Shown here one piece after another: positions 1 through 13,414 of a DNA stretch of 64,000 bases (position 1 is its first letter; every line of letters begins with the position of its first letter). Origin of the DNA: the human T2T-CHM13v2.0 reference genome, Homo sapiens; the NCBI RefSeq assembly GCF_009914755.1, contig NC_060927.1. One strand, given 5' to 3'. The position numbers and the translations under genes were made by a program. A model generated the notes under the pieces. It saw only the letters and a program-made list of their open reading frames with translations. It did no database searches and was not told the origin of the DNA.

Positions 1-65
1 ACAGCCGTTGAATCCTTGAGAAGACACTGATCCTGGCATTTTGATATTTTGCTTAAATGTACACT

Positions 66-127
66 TGGGATGTACCTTAAGTTATTGCTTATTTTATGGG
101 ATGTAGCTTAAGTTATTGCTTATTTTA
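66..127. repeat. 31-bp tandem duplication (2 copies)
   Basis: TGGGATGTA(C/G)CTTAAGTTATTGCTTATTTTA at 66-96 and 97-127, one mismatch. Confidence 0.9.
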
Positions 128-437
128 TTCTTTTTTAAGATGTTTGAGTGTTGTGTGTATGCAACAATCATGTAGAAAAATGTTAACTTATTGCATTGGA
201 AATATGGCCTAAATTATCTGGTTTTATAACATATCCAATATGTTACATATACTACCCAGGAGAAGTATTATTAAGGTTAAGAATAGTAATTTCTAGGTTG
301 TATGGGCATGGTCAAGTGGTCAGGTAGCTCACAAAATTACCAAACTCGGGCTCAGGGTAGCTCCTCCTCTTTGAGTTAGATTAGCATTTTGGGAATCATT
401 GTGTATCTTTCTCAGGGTTAAGAGGATTGTCCTAAAT

Positions 438-653
438 CCGCATTCTCCAATATAGCAGCTAATGGCTACATGTGGTTGTTTAAATTTTAATTTAAATGAA
501 TGAAAATGTAATTGAATTTAAAATTTAGTTCTTCATTTGTACTAGCCAGATTTCAAGTGTTCAGGAGCCACCTATGGATAGTGACTACCATATTGAGCAG
601 CATATAATATGGGACATTTCCATCATTCCAGAAAGTTCTATCAGACAGTGCTG
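438..653 (-). mobile_element. MER3 (hAT-Charlie non-autonomous DNA transposon)
   Basis: Reverse complement matches MER3: ACATTTCCATCATTCCAGAAAGTTCTATCAGACAGTGCTG end, GCTACATGTGG and ACTAGCCAGATTTCAAGTG motifs, AT-rich middle. Confidence 0.8.
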
Positions 654-664
654 TTCTAGGATAC

Positions 665-1025
665 CTTCATTTTTTCAGCCAACCTTTCCTGGGCCTCTGC
701 TATGTGCTAGGTATTGTCCTGGTGAAACTAAGACATAGTCCCTGCCTCTGTGGGTATTTGGCCCGGTGTAGAAGCAGATATTTATAGATAAGACAAGCAG
801 AGGATGTGGTATCATCCATGCAGGACAACAGCGGGTTGCTGAGATATGCTGTAGGACAGATAAGCTGCTTAGATTGGGTGGGGAGGAAGGGCTCTTCTGA
901 GGAGCTGACTTTGAGCTAAACTCTGAGGCATGAGGAGGAGCCAGGCCTGTGAAAGCCATAAAAATATCGTTTGGGGCACAGGGAACAGCAGAGGCAAAGC
1001 CATTGAAGTGGGAAAGAGCTGAGCT
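665..1025 (-). mobile_element. L2 3' fragment
   Basis: CTATGTGCTAGGTATTGT...AAGACATAGTCCCTGCC...GGGAACAGCAGAGGCAAAG, typical antisense L2 3' end. Confidence 0.65.
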
Positions 1026-2654
1026 TTTTCATAGCCCCTCCTCAGGCACAGAACTCTGAGGACTGTGGAGGAGTGGTGGCAACTGAGAGACTGGCATTCC
1101 TTCACCCCAGTCACTGCCACACCACCCTGCCCAGGATGCTCTGCTTTCTTTGCAATTAGACTCTCTTCCAACTCGTGTTATAACATTTTCTCAGCTGTGA
1201 CACTAGGCCTGTCCCCTGGCCTCAGAATGAAGCTAAGAGAAGCTGAAAAGAATACATTTAGCGTCTATGAAGGGTACTTATGTTTCAGGGACCTGGTACA
1301 CTCTATCTGATTGTGGTTAACAGTGGGCTGTGGAGGCTTCTCGTGCTCATAATTGTGATTGTCTTTCTTTGCAACACTTCTTCCCATTCCAGGCCTCACT
1401 GAAGCCTCTCTAGGAAGCTGGGTGTCCATTCCAGAGCCATTTCCTGGTCTCTCAGCAGAGCTTTAAGAGCTCTGCTTGGCTGAATTCATCTCCCAGATTC
1501 AAGGCACTGAGGCCTTTGACTCTGGAAAGTGTTCACACCTCCTACAGGCTGTCCTCCCAGAATTCTCAGAAGCCTGCTCTGGAGAGCTCCTTCCCCTCTG
1601 GCAGGTGCAGCAGGCCATAGCTCACATTGGCACTGAACAATGGCCTTTGTGTAGATCTCCCTGTGATCTCCAGAAACCCTGATCCAGCTCTTAGGGAAGG
1701 GGAAGCAACAAGACTTAGCAAAATCCCTGCTGCATCCATCTCATACAGATAATTAATAACAGCAATCCTTGGAAAATGAGGCTTAAGCAATGAAATCCTT
1801 TTCTCTTTTTCAATGAGAGCGGTCTAATAACTGGGGCTTTGACTGTTGTTTCCTGAGGAAACCGTGCAGTGATGAAATTAATGATGTATTAAAACAGGTA
1901 CATAAAAATGTCACAGTGTTGAAGACAGAGCAAACAGGAAGGTCCTTCAGAAAAAGGTCCCCAGTTATCAGAAAAGTTATCTGAAAATGAAACACTAACC
2001 GAGCAAGAAAATACTCCCTGAGCATCCCGTGAAGATGAGTCTTTCTCACTGTTCTTTTCTGCATCCCACGTGCATAATGTAAATCTAACTAAAAAGCATG
2101 CAAAAGCAAAGAGTGTTTTTGCAAGTGATTGATGGATTGTATTGCCTTCTATGTTATATGTCTCTAACAGACAAATGTATCATTTGTATTTAGGTTTACT
2201 CTCTTGTTTATATCAAATATAATTTTCAATGGGAGAGAGTTAATCAAATAACCTTCTGAAATGGTGTTTTGTGATATGGAAAACAAATGTTATTTAAGGA
2301 GATGATTCTTTTCTTCTTAAAAGGATATCACATAACCACAAAATAATTCTCTCTGTGATTACACTGACAGCACTGTGGGTGACATTGCTGGGGGCTGGGG
2401 GTGGTCAATCTGATGAAACTCCAGTCATTTCACAAGCTGATGTTGGCTGACAGGACTTCAGGCCAGAATTTACAATTCTACAAATATTTAAGGTGCTTCA
2501 TTAGTAGAATACAGGGAAGACAGGTATAGAAAGGAACTATGTCATGGATGGGTTTTATTTTTCTGGTAGCTTTGTTGAAATGTGGAGAAGATGATAGATG
2601 GGAAAGCTAGTCAAGACAATTTGTTTGGATTTGGCATTCTTTATAAGGGAAGAC

Positions 2655-2685
<31 letters not shown>

Positions 2686-2696
2686 ATGCACACACA
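2655..2696. repeat. (TG)14 microsatellite extended by CGCATG(CA)4
   Basis: Read directly; 42 bp of unbroken purine-pyrimidine alternation. Confidence 0.95.
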
Positions 2697-3399
2697 GGCA
2701 TGCGTGTGTAACAAAGATGTTCATTACTTGAGAACCAAAGGGTTCAGCTACCTATAAACAGAGGCAACATGTCCCCAAGGGAAGTGAACTCTGCAGCCAG
2801 TTGGTTCGTCTATGTGAAACCAATTATTTTTCCCTTCAATTTGATTGATTTTTTTATTGGACTGGATTGTATCATATTTGCCTTAATAAACAGGAGCTCA
2901 TAACAATGCATTTAAAATCTGTAGTGATATACTCACCACCTATATTTACTTTGTAAATATGTGAAAAAATCTACAGTTATGAGATTAATGACACAGAAGA
3001 GTCTAGCAGGAGTATGTTTTTATTTTGAATAGAGCAGGAAATTTTATTTAAAGGTAATGTAAAATTAAAATGTATTGAGTGAAATCGTCTTCACCATGAG
3101 TCAACTTATTTATTGGGATGAAGATGGCTTCTCTGTGTTTCTTGAGGACATGTTTTCCTTTTGTGTATACTTGAGTATTTAGAGGAGACTTGGCCCATAA
3201 GGAAATATGAAAACATAATATTACCTTTGTTCAGTAGTTAGTAAAACCATCCGGGATTATTAATAATTTTATAGGTCCTATGACTTTTCATAAAAACATG
3301 AATGCTTCCTCTTTCACCACTCCAATCCCCAACCCTGGCAACTTTTTAGTTTTTAGTAATTGTCCTATAGAAATTTGAGAAGAAGTTGTATCTTCCTCT

Positions 3400-3753
3400 A
3401 AATGTGTCCTTATGTGGAAATTGGGACAAGCCATTGTAGATGTAATTGATTAAATTGAGGCCATGCTTTAGTAGGGTGTGCCCAAATTCAATATGACTGG
3501 GTTCTTATGAGAAGAGAAAATTTAGACACACACACACATAAACACACACAGAGAATGCTATGTGAAGATGAAGGCAGAGATGAGGGTAAAGCTTCTACAA
3601 GCCACCAGCTTCTCTTCACAGTCCTCAGAGGAAACCAACCCTGCCAACATCTTGATCTCAGACTTGTAGCCTCCAGAACTGTGGGACAACAAATTTCTGC
3701 TTAAGCACCCAGTTTGTGGCACTTTGTTACCGCAGCCCTAGTAAACTAATACA
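3400..3753 (+). mobile_element. MLT1B-like MaLR solo LTR
   Basis: CCTCCAGAACTGTGGGACAACAAATTTCTG...TTTGTTACCGCAGCCCTAGTAAACTAATACA 3' terminus. Confidence 0.8.
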
Positions 3754-6254
3754 GACTGCAAATGGAAAAACACAAAACAATTAAATCACCACTGCTTTTC
3801 ACCATTTTCACTTGGTGGTGGTGTGTTACCAGGGTAGAAAATGAATACTTACCAACTAACCAGGTGCTGGCAGTATTTGACTATTTACCAATGTCACCAT
3901 AGAAAGGCAGAGTTATTAAAGGATCTGCAATCACTGGGTAATTCAGCTCTTGACATTGATGGATGGAACTTGGCTTTTCCTCTCTGCCAAAGCTGCTGAC
4001 TGGATAAATGTTTTATTCATGAGGCCCAGGACAGGAAGGGATGCCAAAGGCTTAAGAATATTTTAAGAAACTCTGAGATGTCAGACAAGTCATCAGGAGG
4101 TGTTAAGCAAGGAAGCTGAGGTGCTACATCGACCCAGCTGGACAATAAACCCCATGCAAAGGCTGGAAGCAGCAACAGTGGTCTTGGGAAGCCATTCAAT
4201 TTTCTTTTCTTTTTTGTATCTTATATGGATTCGCACCCATGGTCACAATTCAGAGAAGCAGGAGTTCTGACTGTGGTTTGAGGGTGTCCTTGTCTCACAT
4301 AGAATCCAAGGTAATACCATTTAGAGTAGACTCATAGTCATTGAAGTCCTACCTACTCATGGATTGAGATTCCGAATCATTCTTCTGCATTGGCAACTGC
4401 CTCCGCTGAGGGTGTCATTGAAATGACAGCATGTAGCTTGAGCATCAAGTCTCATGAGGCTCATTAGCTACACATTTTCATTACCTATTAACAAAATGAT
4501 ATTTCAAATTATTTAGCACAACAGATTATTTTATGCTGTGAGGAGAAAGGGCAATTTAAGTGTAGACCGGTTGCCAATGTGACTCGTTTTTTCTGTATAA
4601 AAAGAAAAGTATTTTATACAATAGTGGGTTCTAATAAAAAATGTTTGCACTGACTCAGGCATCCGTAATGATGGGAATTCTAGGTATAGGTAATGAATTA
4701 TAATGAAAATGCTCCTTGATTCTCTATTATGGCCAGAGGATTTTAATTTTTTATAATAATAAACTTTTAAAATTACTTGGAATCACATAAAAGAACCAAA
4801 AATAAAGTGTGGCTGGTACATAGTTGTCAATCTAAACCTCTTTTAATTGCCAAGGAAACATGCACCTAAGTCCAAATGAGTCTTTCCAAATTATATAACT
4901 CTGCTAAAAACATACTGGGTTAAAATGAAGAATTAAAATATAAAACTCATCAGTGGATGAAAAACAGGCAAGTACTAGGTATCCATTGTCCTTTATGTTT
5001 GGGGAGTTTCAGTGTTAAAGACCCTAAGAACTTTCCCTTGGGTCCTGGTTAGAAAAAAATAATCAAAGAGCAGAAACTGACAGTGACACCACTCTGAGAC
5101 ATGCTATCAAGATACATCAAAATATGCCACTATATTCTCCCCTTTCTATCTGTCAAAGCCATTGATTATTTTCAATAAAGAAAACCAGTGACAGTTGCTG
5201 GAATTGTAGAATTCAGCAAACGAACTAGGTGATGCCTGTCACTCTCCTCTAAATAGACAAGAAGAAATTTACTCACTGCATCAGAAGCATATTTTTGGAA
5301 GCATATTTAAATATGGCTTCATAAAGGGTAAAAATAAAAGACAGAAAAATGAAATCTTTATTATACCCCAAGTCCCTTTTCCTAAGCTCATTGGAGTTTT
5401 CCATGAAACTGCTTATTTTATGTCCCCCTCTCAAGATAAAATAAAACAAAAATAAATTTAAAAAGCAATTTTAAGCCCTTTCCTACTTCTTGGTTAGGTA
5501 AGACATACTTGGGTACCTTAGAGTTTTCATATAATCAGTGACTGCCATGGCCTCCTGTAAGTGCAGTTGCTGGTCACTTTGGTCACAGGAGTCATTAAAG
5601 GTTTGGGTTGTATGAGAACAATTGAGTAACTTGCTTATAATGTGATCATAAATTCGTTGGTCATCTGGTATCCCAAGAGGAACAGAATCCAAAAGAGGTT
5701 TATGGAAGCCATAAAGAATGATTAACACAGAGAAACTCTTGCCAGTAGCAGTAGTACCCCACTTTCAGGGGCAACAGGGGTATGGCCCAGAATCTGGGAG
5801 TAGTGACATGACACAGGTGTGCAGGCTGAAGGTTAAGGGCAGTGTGATACAAGTCCACATCCCACCCACCTGGCTTCCATTTGTTCAAAGCCTAGCTTTA
5901 CAGGCCTTCCCTGTAATTCTTGAAGAGTTCCCCAGAATTCTCTCCAAAAATTCCTATTCTGCTTCTATCAGCCAGAGTCTAGTTTTTGTTTTATCTTATT
6001 TTTTTTTTCTTGCAACTAAGAAACCTGACTAATGAAATATGACTTCATTTTGCTTGCAAAACCTCAGAGGACTCACAATATGCTCAGGTTAGAGCCAAGC
6101 TGTTAACTAGAACCTACCATGTTAATATAGGGTGGCACTTGGTTGTTTTCCTCTGTATTGAGTTCTGTCACCCCAATGCACTCAGTCAACACTGGAGAAA
6201 AATGAAAGAAGTTTGTTCACTATAATACAAAATTCCTAGTAATAACAGCAGCAG

Positions 6255-6495
6255 ATAGGGCCAACATTTGAAGTCTTAGCTGTACCAGGCACTGTGCTAC
6301 AAGCGTACATCAATTTTTAAATTTAATCACCCCAACAATTCTAAGCCAAAAATACTGTTGTTACTATCATACCATTTATGCAGAAACTGAGGCACAGAGA
6401 GGTTATGTAATTTGCTAAGTGGGATATAGCTTGGAATTCGTGATTCAGGTTTGAATAAAAGAGCTGTCTGACTCAGAACTTGTGATCCTAACCTT
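6255..6495 (-). mobile_element. MIR
   Basis: CCAGGCACTGTGCTA...GAAACTGAGGCACAGAGAGGTTA core. Confidence 0.75.
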
Positions 6496-8357
6496 GCATA
6501 TGCTTAATTGTTCTACTTCTGATTTTTTAAAAGCCATACGATTTCAAAATAGTCCTAACAAAACCTTAAGAGAAAATAAACCTGCAAGTTATTTTTACTG
6601 AATCATGCATAAGACAACTCCAGGAACAGGCCATAACTTCATAGGTTTAAGTATGAGTTTGAAAGGAGGCATATTGGCTTATCATTTTAATTCTTTTTAT
6701 GATAAAAAGGAAGACAATGATCTTTGGAGGTGTGGGAGGACAGGATCAGGTAAACAGGGTATGATTTACAGTTTTTAAACACTTAGGTCTACAAATTATA
6801 TTAGCTGTTGCCACCTAAAGTTATCTCTGCAGCCACCTAGAGCCATACTCTGAATATTAGTTTTTCTGAGATAAGTGCATTGGTTTCAAAAAAAAACAGA
6901 CACTGGAGCTATTTGTTAGTACACTGTGCTTCCCTCCAACTTGCAAAACTCAGTGTCCCAAATCTACTGTTAGCCACATGCATGAGCAGCTGCATTTCAG
7001 AAGATATTTTTAATACATAAACAATAATTTTTCTACTTGAAATTCATAGTAATAAACCCTGCTTAAGAGTACGATTTAAAGCTCTTCAGAAAAAAAGATG
7101 CAAAGGATTAACAATGCTTACGTGGAGAATAAGTCTATTAAAACATACTGGTTAGCATGCTCTGATGAGCATTTTCAAAGAATTTCCTAATGTTTGTTTA
7201 GGACAAATGCTATTTAGTTTATTTATAAAATGTTAAACATGTTGTAAAATTAGAACATAGAACCCTTGAAGATTTTCCATCCTCAAGCTAACCAAAAACT
7301 TTTTCTTAAAGTGCCCTTAAAAATATTAAGAAACAAATCTCTTATGGAAATATCAAGAAAAGTTCCCTGGGGAAAAACCAGCTTTTGGTCTAAGAAAGAC
7401 TAAATGCAAAATACACTTATTTCTGAAACATATGGTACACATATAGTTAAATGTACAAACTTATATGTAATATATAAAATGAAATATAGAAAACTGAAAT
7501 ATATCTATACATATACTTAATATGTGTAAATACATACTTAATAAAATATTCTTCAAGTTAAAAATTAAATTGGTAAAATTATAGTAGATTATAACTGGTT
7601 TATACTGTTTGTTGCTTTTCTCTCATTATAACTAGTTCTGCTCTTGGATCACATTACACCATTAAATCTTTTGATAATTCGAAAAAAGTATTGCTTCCAG
7701 CTGCTGCTGAAAAAACAAACTAAAGAGGCCTTCTAAACTGGTATGAAAAGAGTTATCAAACAGGCTCCATTAATAAGAATTCCCTTTTCTGCACTTGCAT
7801 TTGCTTGTTGTTGTTTTAGATTTAGCAAAGGCAAATCCCTAAAAGGCTAATAGAATACAGCAGTAATCCATGATTATCACTAATACACAAATGCCAGACT
7901 TTGTGTGTGTTAACGAGAGCTGACTGATTTGCCTTCTGTGAGTGCTGTGACTTCAGTCTTGCATTTTTCGCTCTCGTCTCTGTTATGTCTTCCTTCATTG
8001 TGCATGGAAATTAGAAAGCTTTCTTTTCTACTTTTACCTGAAAGGAAAAAAAAGTAAAGAATTTTCAATGTAAGCATTTTAGACTTAAAGACATCAGGCT
8101 TGAAAGAAGGATGTTCATAAAAGAACTAAACCTTTGCATAATTGGACATAATTCTGTGGAATTTGTTATTCCAGATATGGTTAAAAAGTGAAGGTTCTGC
8201 AAAAAAGTTAGGTAAATACCTGGGAGATGGATCTACAATGAGATACTGAGAAACTTTGAGCTGTTTAGGTAACTTGACTTCGTGGATGCAAACGACACTC
8301 CTCATCAGAAAAAGAATAATTCACTGGGCAGGCAGACCATTAGTCTGACTTGATTTT

Positions 8358-8730
8358 CCTTCATTTATTCATAAAATATTTATTGAATGTCTACTACATG
8401 CCAGGCTTTGTGCTTGACAGTTAGTGTGTGATAAATGATACAGACATTTTCCCTGGCTGAATGGAACTTATATTTGGTGGCTGAGAGTGATTATGATATT
8501 ATGTGCTGAATGTAATAGCAGGGTAAGTAGAGAGTGCTGGTCTCAAGGATCTGGGAAAGTTTCCAGGAGGATGGAATTAAGCTGGGGTTTAAGGGAATAA
8601 GAAATCAGCAGGAAAAGTAAGGGGTGTGGCTACAAGTGTTCATTCTATACCAAGAGGGATCATGTGCAAGAGCTCGGAGATAAGAGAGACCCTAGGACAA
8701 CCAAAGATGCAAAGAAGTTCCATACAACTG
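8358..8730 (-). mobile_element. L2 3' fragment
   Basis: TTCATTTATTCATAAAATATTTATTGAATGTCTACTACATGCCAGGC tail and following L2-like sequence. Confidence 0.7.
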
Positions 8731-9309
8731 CACCTGGTTCAGGATTAATACACTAGACACTGTTTAGGGTGAAGTAATGAGAACTGTGAAAACATACTGA
8801 GCCTAGCCTTTGCCCAAAAACAGAGGGCTTCCATAACCAATGACGGAGGGCAAAAACAAGCGAAAAGAGGCCAAGAAGCTAGGCTACAGCCCAAGACCAA
8901 AGGAGAAACAGCATACATGTTAATGGCTAGAAGCTTTAAGGCAGACAAACTACACATCAAAGAGATGGATATACTGTAGTGGACAGGGGAAGGCCAGCAG
9001 TGATAGACAATGTTTTAGAAAATAGTGAAGACTGTTTTGAAGTAGCATCCATTCAGAAGTAGGTCTCAGCAGACTGACATGGTCGATGATGATGAACATG
9101 GAAAAAGTATTATTATTTTGAAGGTGAATGGGGTTGAGTGTGGGTAAAATATGACTTTCCTTTAGGAGGAAATTAGGTAGGTTTTATAGACAGCCTTTTG
9201 TCAGTTCTCCAAAAGTTTCTACTCCACATAAATTTAGGGGTCATGATTAGATACCCATTATTGTCCCTTCTACATTAATAAAGGCTACTTATTTTTAGAA
9301 AGATAAGTT

Positions 9310-10095
9310 GTTTTAAAAAAATTAAATAAAACATTTCAACAATACTAACAGAATGGTGAATAACATAGCAAACACCCATGTGCCTTTTACCCAGCTTTAT
9401 TAAATTTGATTTCTACCAAATGTGCATGAGGTATTTCTAAGAAATAAAACATTACAGATATGTTAAATTTCCATGTATACCACTCTCCGATTCCATTTCC
9501 CTCTTGCCTTCCAGAGAGGAAAGTTATCCTGAATTTGGGGTTTATCATTTCTGTGTATATATATTTTTACTACTTATATATCCGGAAAGAATATAAAGAA
9601 TTGGCATTTTAAAATAAATGTGTATAAATGACACTGTACTATATATGTATCATTCTGCATCTACTCAGCATTATGTTTTTGAGAGTTATCCATATTGACA
9701 CAGGAAGCTCTAGTTGATATTTTTGAACTGATTAATAGTATATTATATCTTTAGTATATCATATTTTAAAGACATGTATGTTGCTGGATATTTACATTGT
9801 TTTATAAATTTTTGCCTTTACAAATAATGCTTGAATGAATTTCTCATCTTGTGAAAATGAGAGAGTATAGGTTGGGTATGGGTTGGGTATCGGTAAGTAG
9901 ACATGAAATTGGAATTGCTAGGTCACAGGAATCACCCATGTACAATTTTACTAAAACTTTACTGCTTTCCAAAGTGGTCTTATCAGTTTACACTCCCACC
10001 AGCTGCATACAGGGCTCATATTACTCCATATCTTTTTCAGCACGTAGTATTGACAGACATTTAAATTTGTGTCAATCTAATGAGTATGAAATGGT
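9310..10095 (-). mobile_element. Old L1 (L1ME-like) 3' UTR/ORF2 end, part 1
   Basis: CTCAGCATTATGTTTTTGAGAGTTATCCAT, GGAATTGCTAGGTCA, TTTCCAAAGTGG...TTTACACTCCCACCAGC antisense L1 motifs. Confidence 0.7.
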
Positions 10096-10535
10096 GCATC
10101 AGAGTCCAGCTGGAACACTCTCAGTCTTTCAACAGAGGAAATTTAACACAGACAATTGATTAGACAGATGATAGACTAGCTGAGAAACCAAACTAGATAG
10201 TGAAGCAACATTCACAATAGTAGAAGGCCATGGTTAACAGAAATCAGAAACTAGGGTCACCTGTCTGAAATTGACACCAAAGGGGGATGCAGGAGGCGAG
10301 GTGGGAGCTGGACACAACAAGGCCTCCGGGGGCTCATGGAGGCTGCCAGAGGTCCTGCAGGAAACAAAGTGGAAAGGGGAAGAATGCCTGTGTTCTCCCT
10401 CTGTCTGTCGTTCATTCCTCCCCCAGTGCCTTCCACTGGCCAAACTTAACCTGGAAGCCTGAAATAGTTACATGTGATATGAACAAGAGCAGGGGAAGAG
10501 AGGAAAATCAGTATGAAAGTTGATTGGAACAAATG
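10096..10535 (-). mobile_element. Ancient ERVL-type LTR (LTR33/40/41-like) inserted in L1
   Basis: CCAGTGCCTTCCACTGGCCAAACTTAACCTGGAAGCC motif; interrupts the L1 motif AATGGT/CATTGTAGTTTT. Confidence 0.5.
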
Positions 10536-10539
10536 GCAC

Positions 10540-11995
10540 TGCATTGTAGTTTTCAGTTGCATGTCTCTGATTTAGAGTGAACATTTTTCCATCTGTTTGT
10601 CGTTTTGTTTCCTTGCCTATGAATTGCTATCTATTTGTTTTTATCCATATTTTTCCTATTGGTTGTCTGTTTTTAATTTGTTTTAGAGACTCATTATATA
10701 GTCTAGATATTAATCTTTGTCAGTTATATGTAGTGTTAACATTACTCGTAATCTGGCTAATTTCCCCTTTTGTTTAGCCTCTTTTGTGATATAGAAGTTT
10801 GAAATCTAATATACAGATTTGGTCTTTTAAGCTTAATGCTTGTGTTTTAGTCAAGAAAATCCTTCCATATTCTAAATCATATTCCTTTATATTGCCTTGT
10901 AAAAATTCTAGTTTAACTCTTGATATTTATGTCTTTAATGCACTGGGGTTTATTTTGCGTATAATGTGATATAGATATCTTTAAAAAATTTCATCCCAAA
11001 AGGTAACCTCTTATTCCAGACCATTTTTAATACTCTATTTTTTAAATTGCTACCCTTGTCATATATTCAGTGTCCAGGTGTGTTGGCTCCTTCTCATGTG
11101 AATCTATTTCTAGAATCTGTACTATGTGTCATTGGTCTAGTTTACACCCATGAGCAACATGCTGTCTTAATTAATATATCATTAAAATCTGATTCCCAGC
11201 AAGACTAGTCCCCCAACATTGTCTTATTCCAAACTTGAGCAGGCTATTCCAGATTTTTCAATGCTTTGTATACATTTTAGAATAATTTTATGAAGTTCCA
11301 TAATAAAACTGTTAAGGTTTTAATTTATGTTTTGCTGAACATAGAGATGAATATGAACAAAGCTGTCATTTTTATAGTTGGATCTTACCATTAACATGGT
11401 ATGTGTGTGTGTGTGTAATTCGTTTTTACAGGAAACATTTTATATATGTTTTATAATTTCCTCCATAACATTATTACATACATTTGGTTGATTTTTTTCT
11501 CAGCAAGTTATAGTTTGGCTTATCATTATAAGTGGCATTTTTACTGAGTTGCTGCTAGTGCAGAAGAACACAGAGAATTCTTATGTATTCAACTTCTATC
11601 TAGAAAACTCGCCAAAATGTTTTATTAGTTCTAACTTTGTAGATTCCCTTGGGTGGTGATGAAAACGAAATCATACCACATGTGACTTAGGGTAGATTTA
11701 TTTCTTCCTTCCCAACCCTTTCACTTATTTTTTATGTCTTTACCACACTGGCCTGAATCTATGGAACAGATGTTGTGAAAGCTGTTTGTCCTTAGCTTTA
11801 AAAGGTATTCTAATATTCCGCCATTAAAGATGCTTTTGGCTCTAGGGCTTTTGTTAATTTCTTTATCCAGGTGAAGGAAGGTCACTTGTCTTGTTTGTTT
11901 GCTAAAAGTGGTAAAAATTGAATTAAATAATCGGTTTTAATTGAATTAGATTCTTTTCCTGCATCTACTGATATGATCACATGGCTTTTCTCAAA
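10540..11995 (-). mobile_element. Old L1 (L1ME-like) ORF2 remnant, part 2
   Basis: GCATTGTAGTTTTCAGTTGCAT continuation; TTTTCCTATTGGTTGTCT, TCTAGATATTAATCTTTGTCAG, TTTCCTGCATCTACTGATATGATCA. Confidence 0.7.
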
Positions 11996-12039
11996 CAGTA
12001 CTTTGAAGACTAATGCTCTGCCTGAGTAAAATCTGAACT

Positions 12040-12420
12040 TGAAAAACATAAAAATCAATACTGCATATTTCCTTTGGACATAGACAGATGTAAAAGCATT
12101 TTTTAAAGGACTGTGAGACAACGTACAAAACTGATTATAGGTGGCACTTTTGGAGAGGGGGAGAGAAATGGAAAGGAGGTGGATGGGGATAGGAGTGATG
12201 ATCGTAGAAAAAGAGCACTTGGCTTCCTCTGTAATGTTCTAATACTTTTTTAAAAGGGGAGCGGTGTTTACATTCAACTTTCATCGTTGTTTTAACAATG
12301 TATATATAGAAAAAACAAGTGTATCAAATTAATGATGATAAATTTTTAGTTACAGAAATATGGATGAGTGCCACTCTTTTCTTTGTACTTTTCTATAACT
12401 ATTTTCCAAAAACAACCAAA
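12040..12420 (+). mobile_element. Possible L1ME 3' end fragment
   Basis: G-rich tract followed by TTCTTTGTACTTTTCT, resembling L1ME 3' UTR; highly diverged. Confidence 0.35.
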
Positions 12421-12996
12421 AAGCCAGTTAGAAAGTATTATTCACCTTATTAGTGACATATGGTTTAAATTAGGTTCAAAATTTCAAATGTAGAGTGAAA
12501 AAGTTGAAAGTGTGAACTTTGTTTCTTTATATTCATCATCAATCAACTAAGACTCATGTATTTTAAGTACCTTATTGAGTATGGTTGGGCGAGATAATTA
12601 CATAGACCCATTATCTAATAGTATGGATGGAAAATATAGACAGCCTTTTCAACGAAGCATTTAAGCCAACATGTGAATCGAAAGTGAAATATTGCTATCA
12701 CATACGGACCAATAGCAATGGCTTTTCTTGCTTGCGGGCAATATAGACACCAATTCCTATTTGTTTTATATAATTAAACAGTATATACTGTACTTCTCTC
12801 TAGGATGGTCTCATTCTCTCTAATTTTCATGTTTTTCTCTGTTTAAGACCCAGGCACTCAACAATCAAGCTTTTACCTCATGGATGAAGTAAGAGTAAAA
12901 TGACCCAGCATAAAAATTTGAGTACCTAGTGCTGGATTGTCCAACTGGCTGACAGGCTGACAGTGTGAGCCTGGGCTTAGGGGGCCAGTGGGACAG

Positions 12997-13056
12997 ACAC
13001 ACATGTGCGTGCACACACACACACACACACATATGTATATATGTGTGTATATACAT
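12997..13056. repeat. 60-bp alternating purine-pyrimidine tract containing (CA)10
   Basis: Read directly; no break in R/Y alternation. Confidence 0.9.
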
Positions 13057-13356
13057 TGACAGTTTTAAACAAGAGATTTCAAATTGAAAGAATGCAAGTA
13101 ATCATAATCAGAAAACTCAGAGTTGGGCTTATGTTTATGCTCTGATATTGATTTAATTTTGAATTACGTGGTGAGGGTGAGTGGATGAGGAGAATGAGTA
13201 TCAAAGTCCTAATATTTTGGGCAGCTAACCACTTAAATTGGCCCTGTGAACACATCTCCCAGGAGCTTTGTGATAGAATTTTTGTGTTTTCATATAGGTG
13301 ACTCAACCAGGCATGATGTTCATAAACTAAAGACTGGGTGAAGCATAGCTCAGGAG

Positions 13357-13414
13357 GTGTGTGTGTGTGTGTGTGTGCGTGTGTGTGTGCGTGTGTGTGT
13401 GTGTGTGTGCGTAT
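13357..13414. repeat. (GT)n microsatellite with GC interruptions
   Basis: Read directly. Confidence 0.95.

Noticed and set aside
5483-5728. 81-aa minus-strand ORF with protein-like composition
   Set aside because: No recognised family, non-ATG start and weak splice signals; cannot be supported without BLAST or RNA data
12778-12791. 14-bp palindrome ACAGTATATACTGT
   Set aside because: Several palindromes of this size are expected by chance in an AT-rich 64-kb window
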